From positions 619,064 to 683,063 of the forward strand of contig RHPI01000797.1 in the NCBI GenBank assembly GCA_009103225.1: DNA of 64,000 nucleotides, read 5' to 3'. This document shows, piece by piece, positions 26,267 through 35,549 of this stretch. Source of the DNA: Chlorokybus atmophyticus. Taxonomy: Eukaryota; Plantae; Mesostigma and Chlorokybus algae. Position numbers and translations under genes: made by a program. Positions within the stretch are counted from its first letter, which is position 1; each line of letters opens with the position of its first letter. Under the pieces are notes generated by a model. It did no database searches. It was not told the DNA's origin and worked only from the letters and a program-made list of their open reading frames with translations.

Positions 26267-28651
26267 TCACTGTCGGACGAGAGTGGGGAAGCTCGATGCC
26301 GTGGAGTGGACAGGAACGGAGTGAAGCAGTTGGAGACATCACGTGAGCCTCTGCTGCTATGATCGTTGCTCCCGTCGCTGGTCCGTTCGTAGGTGAGGTT
26401 GGAGGTTGGGCTCCAGCTACTGAGGTCACCCTCGTCTATTGGAGAGAACGGGGTGGGTCTGCTCATACAGCTAGTCCAAAGGTGAAAGTGTATGCAGGGT
26501 GCAGTGTTTGTGCTCTACCGCCTGTCTCGATGCCGCTACCACTCACCACACTAGTGCTGGTGTGCGCTATGTAATGACAGTGATAACGAATGCACAGGGA
26601 TGTGTGCCCCGAATACATAATGCACTATCTGATGCAGAATGCAACGCACTCACTTGAGCAAAGAGGGTGACACTGTGAGTCAACAAGCCACTACTATAGG
26701 TAGTGCTGTTTACACAGTTCTTTGCATGAGCGAAAAATGAGTTACACTGTTAAATGAGGTGAATGAGCAAGCAACACGTGGATGCTATGCCCTGACTGAT
26801 GCCAACACACACACTGCAACCAGGCACACCAAGCTCACAGCGATGACAAGCACGATGCACACACGAGCATGCACAGGCTTTCACACAGTGAGGGGATTCT
26901 TGGTAACCGGGATGGCATGTTCGCAGTTCAAGTCGTTCACAAGCTCTTAGCTTTCTCACTCACAGTGTCACCAGCTGATCCGGTGAACACTGTGACTACT
27001 TATACAAGTCAAATCATGACTGTTCAGAACATAAGCTAACGGCCATTTCGAGGCTATTTCCACAGCAATTCTCACTCGATACAGAACACAACTTATAATT
27101 AAACTCACAATCGAACATCTACGCGCGGTGGATATGTAGGCTATGGTCGTGAGCTACACTGAAGTCATGACCTAGCTACTGATCAGGTACACGCGCGCGT
27201 TAGTATGCTGGTAGGCCGGGCGACGGTTTCGATGTAGACATGCCCGATGAAGGCTGGTATGTGTGGGCACTACGCATGACACTTTCAACAAGGAACTCAC
27301 GACATGTCATGCGATATCGCACCATACCAAGCCATATCATATCATATGGTGTCACGGCGATCAATATGCCAGCATATGGTGTCATATGACATGATATGGC
27401 GCCACGTCGCTGGACATCGTGTGTTCCCTGTGCGGCATGTTAACAGAGTTCAAGTCAAACTATGGTTCGTGCGTAATGTGTCCTGCGTATGATTGGACAT
27501 CATACGCGCCCGGGCAATATGGTTAACAACTGTTACGGCCCGGAAACCAATTCGCATGCAAGTTCTTCGACAGAAGCGACGCCAAGATTGTCGAGTGTAG
27601 CCGCAGCGTCGTTTCGTTGATGCATTGTGTCGCTTACTTACTCAGGTCCATGGCGGGTTCTCGGCGTGTTGCCACCTTCGAAACTTACTTCGTCCGCTGC
27701 ATCTACGGCTGCAACCTCACAGGCATACACAAAGGCTGAATGGCCAGAGTGGGAGTGCAAAACTTTAGATCTCACCTGACTAGCGGTATCTAAAGGACAC
27801 CTTTAATACATTAGCACGCCAACAGACAACTTGCTAAAGTACTAGGTGGATCTGATGAGTCCTGCATGCATGGACGGAATAATGTGGGATTCTAATCATG
27901 TTTATGTACTTGTTTGCCACTTAAGGTCGGGCTGCAGTGGCACGATACAACTTCAATCCTACTGTGGGTGCCTTTATGCCAGTTGCTGGAACGTGGCCTT
28001 TGCAGCAAACAACCCCCCTGCAACCGTCGCTGCATAATTCTGCACCGTTGTTGAAGTCTTATACATTCCTAACCTCATCGGAGACACCAATGCCAGTGCC
28101 TTGACGATGCTAACAGGTACGTGACTGCTTCGTAGCAAATTTTACACGGTGACTTACTAAGGACTGAGGGACTGACGGGTGCCTGAGCTTGCCTGAGCCT
28201 GCTTGCCGCTGCCTGAAATGTTACTTTTGAGTTGTTGGGTTTGCCATTGGACTGACGCAGATGGCCGCCGGCCGAAAGTAGTTGTCAGTGGTACTAACCG
28301 GCCGAGAGTTTTCAACCAGTTACCTTTGGTCGATGTGCAACGACGACCGTTAGCCGGTAGTTGAGGACAGCTAACAGCAATAGCCGGCAGTTTCTTTGCC
28401 GTTACACTGCTGTTAATATGTGACCCTTATCTTTTGATAAAAGTTGGAATTTCTTGCTGCAAGCCAACACTAACGTGCCATGCAGCTTGTACAAACCTTA
28501 GACTGATTGGTTGATCTCGCACCTGTAAGCCCACAATATATACAATGTACCGGCAGTGGTGAGAGTATGTCTACTTGCAACTGAGCAGACGACTTGCGCA
28601 TAAAACTACCCTATAACATTGAGTCTAGCTGTCGCACTCATGTGCAGCTTG

Positions 28652-29510
28652 TCAACCCGTGGTGCCTGCCTTAGAATTCCTCCTCAATCCCCCTTCCTGT
28701 TCTTCCTCCGACAAGTCTTCTGCTTCAACATCGGAGTCATCTGCATCTGCTGCCTCGCTCACTGACAGTACAGCGGCTACTTCGTTCTTCAACTTAATTG
28801 TCAGCGCCTCGCCGTGCATGTGCATGCGCTTGATGGTTGCTTTGATAGTGACCACCTGCATTTGGTAGTGCTGTAAGAGTGGCGTGCTGCCAGAGGACTA
28901 GCCCATCAGCATACACATGCGTACCTCATCTTCCGCTTTGTTGCACTCCGCCAGGCAGACAGTCAGCCTGCCGCGTTGCTCTCGGTTCACTCTGACCAAC
29001 ATGGCAACCTGCAAGCATACTGCTTAATTGCCGCTGGAAATATCAAACAAGGTCATGGATTACCCGTTCGTGGTACTCCGCAGCTTCTCTTTTTCGACAT
29101 GTGAGCTCCCGCAAGTAGAAATAGGCTGTGCATTTATGAGATTGGTCATGCTGTTCATGTGCATGACACTGGAGGCTGTGCATGAGGGTGTGCATGTGGT
29201 ATTGACAGTGTATGTCATGTGCAAGATACTTGAGCTCAAGTAGCCTCGAGGCTGTGCATGTGCAAGATAAAAGAACCCTAGCATGTGGCATTGACAATGC
29301 ATTGTAACCCACTTTGGTTATGCCAGTCTTGTTTGGTCCCTTCAATATATTGCCGTGGTCGCAGCTGCTGGTGGGTCGGATGTTCTTAGAGGCAGTATTG
29401 TGGTGTGTCTTTGCCCACTTGGAGGGGGAGCCCTGTACGATATCGCCCGAGTCACTGTTGTCATTCGCTGTGCCCTTGGTAGGCATGGTGGGGTTTGACA
29501 CCAAAGACAC
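28652..29510 (-). CDS. Small multi-exon hypothetical gene (coiled-coil-like, acidic tail), divergent from the Plavaka gene
   Basis: Phase-0 exons YFYLRELTCRKREAAEYHER / VAMLVRVNREQRGRLTVCLAECNKAEDE / VVTIKATIKRMHMHGE...DDSDVEAEDLSEEE. 5' end uncertain. Confidence 0.35.
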
Positions 29511-30018
29511 CCCTCCGGCACCCTGCCCGCCCTATGCGAACATGGAATTCATCCCGGACCTCGACCACAATGCCCACAACGCCTCTGGCAGCGCCGCCAA
29601 CGATTCACCAAATGCCACACACCCTCGGCATCACGCCCCTGTAAGGGCATAGCTTGGCGGAGGTATCAATGGTGTTTTCATGCGCAGGGACTGGCATTGC
29701 CAGCACTTGTTAATGGTACGAACTGCCATGGTTACTGTATAAAAGTACCATTTCAATGGTACCTTTTGGCAAATGCATCTTCGTACCATTGAAATGGTTT
29801 AATCAGGATGTTTATGCAGAGACTCACCCTGGACGTGCAATGGCTCAATCGTATCATAATAATGGTACAACGGAGCCAGTAAATGGCGGCCCGGTTTCCC
29901 TCTTCTGGCATGCAAGGGTAGCGGTGATGGTGGCGGTGGCGGCGGCGGCGGGTGTGCGTGTTGCTGGATATGATGCAGGTTACATTGGCGACACTTGTGT
30001 CGACGTCAGTAGTGAGAT

Positions 30019-33000
30019 ATGAGAGTCCTTTGTCCATATTGCCACATGCGCTTCGCTACACGCAGCTCAGTCTACATGCACATTGTTAGCAGCAGGGTGT
30101 GCAAGCTAATCAAGCTGTATGTCGGCCAGCGTCCATTACAGTACGATGCGGGTCATGTTGAACGGGGGAGTTCAATCCAAGATGCGCACATGCTTGATGT
30201 TAAAGGATTCCTGCAGGAGACACACGCACAGCAGCAACAGGAGGAGGAGGAAGTGAACGAGGGCTTTCGATGTGTGCGAGTGCCTGAGAAACCTGTGGCA
30301 CGCGAACATGGAAGTGGAGGCGTCCCTTTGCATGCGTCGGAATCCAGGTGGCATGGCTCGGAGCATGCTCATGCAGTGGCATTCGTGCAGTGCAACAACG
30401 ACCAAGGCCTGTCGACCTCCGACATAGGGCGGATCATTAAGTGCATCCGAAATGCACACTTCTTGACGGAAGAGCTCCAATGGGAGACCGGTGTGCATGT
30501 GGCCAGCTACCTCCGAACCACGATTGCAATCTCTCAGTCTGAGGTGTGTTCACAGTGAGCGGTGCATGTGCTTCAACCATTAGAGCCATGTCACATATGC
30601 ACATGCGAGTGTGCTGTCGTATCAGAACTACGTGACGGCTAACCTGCGCAAGCCTGGAGACCCTGAGGATCAGGACATCAGCGTCACATATATGCCGGCC
30701 AAGGTCTGTGAATTGCAGTACCTAATGCAGTATCGATCCTGAGGCCAGCATGCATGGTAATGCTCTTGGTCGGAGCAGGTATGGCTCGCACGGTTGTATG
30801 GCAATCCACATGCCGCTAATGGCTTCAATCTCCAGTACAATGGTGACGAGCACAGCTTTTGCCATCCTTCCACGGGCAATTGGTGGAAGGATGTGGAGGT
30901 GGATTTGAGGAGAGAGGTGGGGGAAGCGTCCTACTTGGCCACTGCCATTCTATACAGTGACAAGACCACGCTGGACAATGCGGGCAAGCGCTTTGGCTAC
31001 CCTTTTATGGCATTGCTTGCCAACTACAGTTGGGACATGTACGCTAGCAACATGGGGGTTGTTATGATAGCGCTTCTGCCGGTGGTTCACGCAGTGGCCG
31101 GGCATCCCACCTGGGCGCAGAGCAAGGAATCGTTCTCAGTTCAAAAACGTGAGATTTTTCATGACGCTTTGAATGTAGTGTTTGGGGATGTGAAGCGGGC
31201 GAGTTGGGGAGGTCTGCAGCTCATCGACCTAAATGGCATCGAGCGTCGTGTGTTTCCCACGCTTGCCAACTACATCAGCAACTTGCAGGTAGTGGGCATG
31301 CATGGTTGTAACCGGATGTCGCCTGCTGGCAAACAGAACATGGAGGATGTTGTCAATGGAGCATCTGAGTTTGTCGTGTTGCAGGAGACTGCCACACTCG
31401 CACGCACTGTGTCGGGCAACCAAACCAACATCCTTACGATGTTTGTCTCGTCACCAAATCAGATCTGTTGAAGATGGACGAGGAACGGGAATTGAGAACC
31501 GAGGCTTTCTTTACACACCAGCAATACGTCAGCTGCGGGCGGACCTGCATAGCGGTGTTAGGAATGCACGCCAGACAGCCAAGGCTTTCAAAGAGCAGCA
31601 TTCCATGCCTGTCGAGGAGGTCATGGTCAAATTACCGGCATTCGTCTGGATGAATGGCTTTCCGTGAGTCCAGGCAATGTGGTTTGGCAACAGAATGCAC
31701 TGTGGGGTTGGCGACAGTCGCGGGTGCCGGGAGCTGACTGCTACTCTCGTCTTGCCCCTAACGCAATGCATGTGTTGGGAGGCATTATTCACTACCTGCT
31801 TGCTGTTGTGTACGACGCTGCGAAGGAACGAATGCGTCCATCCACGAGACAGTTTCTGCCAGGCATGTCTTTGGAGTTGCTTTTGTGTTGAACACAAAAG
31901 CCAACGACACGTGCTCACAAGCACATGTGCTCAGGCTGAATGCATGCAAGGCGACTCTACGGGTTTCGCACCTCAAGGCACCCACCCAAGCACAGTAGAT
32001 TTCTTCCTGTCCGACCACTCCTTTCGAGTGGTGGAGAAAGTGGCGGTGCTGCAGCTGCTGCCGTTCCTTGCAGACGGTTTGCTGCTCGATAGTGAGGGCA
32101 ACCATTTCTTCACCATTGCTGCCATATCGCTTGTCCATTGGAACAAGAAGTTGCTCAAGGTGCATGAACACACATGAGAGACCCTGAGCACAGCCGACAA
32201 CGAGCTGGCTACCTTCAAAGCTGCAGTGTTGCATCCGCTACTGTCGTCATATTCTGCAAAAAAGTCAGGTTGAAAGATCGAGATAATGCATTAGCTCACT
32301 CATATTGGGCCGGCAATTGTCAGTAGTGGACACCCAAATTGGTTCAGCGCCAACCGCATGGAGCAAATACACGCCCAAAATATCAAATGGTGGGCGCGTG
32401 GTGGCAACAACCGGGACTGCTAGGCGCGTATCCTGAAGGCATGGAGCTGTGCGGAATATGTGAGAGAGGATGGCATGGTCGTGGATCTCGAGATGCACTC
32501 GGTTATGGCGCAGGCGCGGCAGCAGTGCTGTAATGTAATGGAGAGGACGGACAAGTTGCTACTGATGGATGTGCTGACAAGGAGGGAGCCAGCTCGTACT
32601 GGAGCGGAGCTGCGCGTAGCCGCCAAGTCGCCCTGAAGACTCCATTCGCCGACAAACTGGTTGCCACCCTGGTCAGCTGCTTGAGGAGGGAACAACTGGA
32701 GTTAGCCGACGGGTGGCGTACTGCTCGCGTGGTAAACGGAGGCGCAGCGGTGTACATGACTTCAGGAGTCAGCATGGCGCGCGCAACTGAGATGTTCCAT
32801 AGGCGGCTTTGGGTCTCTACACTTAAGTTGGAAGGTGATGAGGACGGTGTGAACGTGACGTGGTGGGCTCACTCCTTTTCTGGCGCGTGGTGGTGTGGGG
32901 TGGTGGCGGCGAGTGCGTGTGGAAGGAGGTCGTGTTTGTCCGCTGGTACACGAAGCTGGATGTGACGAGCGACACAAAATGCATTGCTATAGAATGGGAA

Positions 33001-33045
33001 AAGCATCGAGGGGGTCCACATCTCGATGTCGTGATTCTGGAGTAA
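30019..33045 (+). pseudogene. Plavaka-type (CMC-related) DDE transposase, spliced, 3' half decayed
   Basis: N-terminal CPYC..H..C finger; AILYSDKTTLD (first Asp at 30959), GYPFMALLAN, KREIFHDAL, RRVFPTLANYISNLQ/E (second Asp position reads Asn), C-terminal HIGPAIVSSGHPNWFSANRMEQIHAQNIK...GNNRD, final VFVRWY region. In-frame stops after about 32170. Confidence 0.8.
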
Positions 33046-33375
33046 AGGCATTATTCAGCTGCTCCCCATGTTTGACAAGGACAGCGCCCGTGTACAAGAG
33101 GGCAAGTATTGGGTGAACGTTCACTGCACTGCCACATGACACATGTACTTGTCTCACTACTTTGAGTTTGAAGCTTATCAATCAGTTAGGCATTGCTAAT
33201 CGTATGCTAAGACTTTTGCATGTGGACGTTTACAACATCGGGCAGCTGTCACTGCACAATTGTCACCACAATCGAATGTGCATGCAACATTTAACAATTG
33301 GTCCGCCGTGTGGCATTAAGCATCAATACAGTGCACCACACTCAAGCCTCATAGTTCCATAACACAGGAGGGTAG

Positions 33376-35066
33376 TCACAGCATATCCATTGTTTCAAGC
33401 TTGAGACGCCCTATGCACTCCACCATTGCGGAAGGAACTGCATTCGCTATGGTAACGACCGAGGTCATCCATGGCACTCTCAGCGCTGTTTGCCATGCAG
33501 CAATGCCGCCCATGGTGCTTGGAAGGCCATAGACTGGGTACATTTGCTGTGGCGTGTTTGATGGCACGATTGTCTTCTTTGCGCTAGCGGACAGGTGCGG
33601 CGATAGCAGTCCAACCGCCTTGCCCGCATACGAGCAGCGTGCTGGTGGGGTAGCTACTGCTGGCTGTGTCTCAAACAGACGGTATCAAAAAGTTGATAGG
33701 CCAACATCGTGCCACAAAGGGACAAATTGGGTCTGAATGAGGAGCTGCTCCTGACACACTCCCAATCACAAACTTGACCTGGCCTGCAAGCAGCGGATGT
33801 CGGACGAGCGGTATCATATCCTAGTGTCTTCAGGATGTGCCATGTGCCGCCCGTTTAGGTGCCGGGATAGCACCTGAATAGGCCTGGCATGGTGGACTGG
33901 CCCAGATGAGCTCGTACTCGCTCAGCTCTCCTGCACTCAGGGTGCATACATCGCGGTGTATGAAGGGCAGCGGGTACTCAGAGGAGGGACTTATGTCCAT
34001 CCCGGTCACGTCAAAACCTGCGTGGTATAGACCGACACTGGCACCGCCACCGCCGCAGAATAGGTCGAGTGCCCTTGGTCTGCGTGTGCGTCCCAGCTTG
34101 TTGTCAAATGGCGTGTATGTGGTCAAGGCTGGCCGTGGTGCTAGCCAGGGACTAACAATGATGCCGTACGGGCTTACTTTGCGACTGACGCTCTCCCCTC
34201 CGGCGCGCAGATAATGGCGTGCCCCGTCAACTGATGTGTACGCGAATACGTTGTGCCCTTTGAAGTTGATGGTTTGTGGTCGATCACCGTCATCGAATAC
34301 TATACGGTGCTGCCCTGCAAAGACATTTTCCATTGCACCATGCATATATGATGCGTCCTCAATCTCGCACGCCACGAAGCGATGCTGACCTGACGCTTGC
34401 TTGAATGATTCCACAACGCCCGCATACCATTCCCCATCCAGCGGCCAATGCACCATGACACTCACACCGATCAGCTGCTCGCATCCCAACTTAACTGCGT
34501 TCCGCAGCCGATGCAGTGCGCTGTCCAACGGTCGATGGTCTGCCTCCTCTACAGCGGCCAGGGGATGGAACTGCCCACGCCCACACCGTGCAAGACTGCT
34601 CTGAATGCGACAACAGCTTCAACATGCATGAAATAAGCATACGCCCAACATAACATGCAGTGATACGTCGCGGTCCACTCTTGTGAATTACCTCCACAGC
34701 ATCCACCACCTGTCCACTAACCACATGTCCTGGTGTTGTCCATGTAAAGAAGCGCACGGGTTCCCCTCGCCACTCGAAGCATGAGCGCGAGCACGATTCG
34801 CACACGCACTGCACGCAATGGAAAAACTCGGGTTCCTTGCACAGCACTTGGCCGAGGCGGCAGCCAAACACGTCGACATTGTGTGTGGTGTGATGCCAGC
34901 AAGCAGCACTAAAACCGTGGCACACTGTCTGCACTCGCTGGCATTCGGTCAAGTGTGCTCGCATTTGCTGCCTACGGCCATTGGCACATACGTACGCATT
35001 GCATTGTGGGCACACCAAGCATGGTCTCCTAGGTGAGGGTGATTCAACTGCTGCCGCCGACATCAT
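33376..35066 (-). pseudogene. Zn-finger + Tudor + bacterial/phage-type C5 cytosine DNA methyltransferase fusion, spliced, C-terminal half disrupted
   Basis: Introns 34691-34601 and 34389-34315 (GT-AG, frame-preserving). Tudor LIGVSVMVHWPLDGEWYAGVVESFKQASGQHRIVFDDGD; motif I LDLFCGGGG; motif IV WASPPCQAYS; after stops at ~33830: FVIGSV (eroded ENV), LSLCGTM, F*YRLFET, PVYG, WQTALRVPWM, ANAVPSAMVECIG (motif X). Confidence 0.85.
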
Positions 35067-35127
35067 GCAAAATAGGAATCGGCACGGCTGCCCACAAACT
35101 GAGCGAGACTTTAGAGTATGGGCATCA

Positions 35128-35158
35128 ATTTAGGGTTGCCAGCTTACGAACCCTAAAT
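35128..35158. other. Perfect 10-bp inverted repeat built from the telomere motif (ATTTAGGGTT...AACCCTAAAT, 11-nt loop)
   Basis: Seen directly, 62-92 bp upstream of the MTase ATG. Confidence 0.8.
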
Positions 35159-35549
35159 GGGTCAAACTTCAAGTGAAGCACGACTGTACCTTATACGCTA
35201 TTGCAGTACCATGCATGGTACTACATCAACATGAATGGTACTCTATCTGTTAATGGTACTACAGTACAAGGATACTCGCATACTACCACGATCGTAGAGT
35301 AATACTGTGCTGTCATGCCATGGAACCCAGAGCGCTGTCCGAGTTTGTTGCTGTCAACCACGCTCTAAACCAGCGAGGTATGCAAGCCATGCACTGACTC
35401 ATGCGCCGGGCAGTCATCATACACATGTACAGCCAATGCTTCTAACAACAGCAGATCTCGGGTGCACCATGCACCATGCTGTAACTATACATGTACCTAC
35501 ATGGTTCACAGGAAGCCAACACAAAACTACAATACATGCACAATTGTCA

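Noticed and set aside
28262-28305. ccggccg dyad as the inverted terminal partner of the unit ends at 42580-42607 and 50020-50050
   Set aside because: Only about 9 bp match; too weak to call a TIR.
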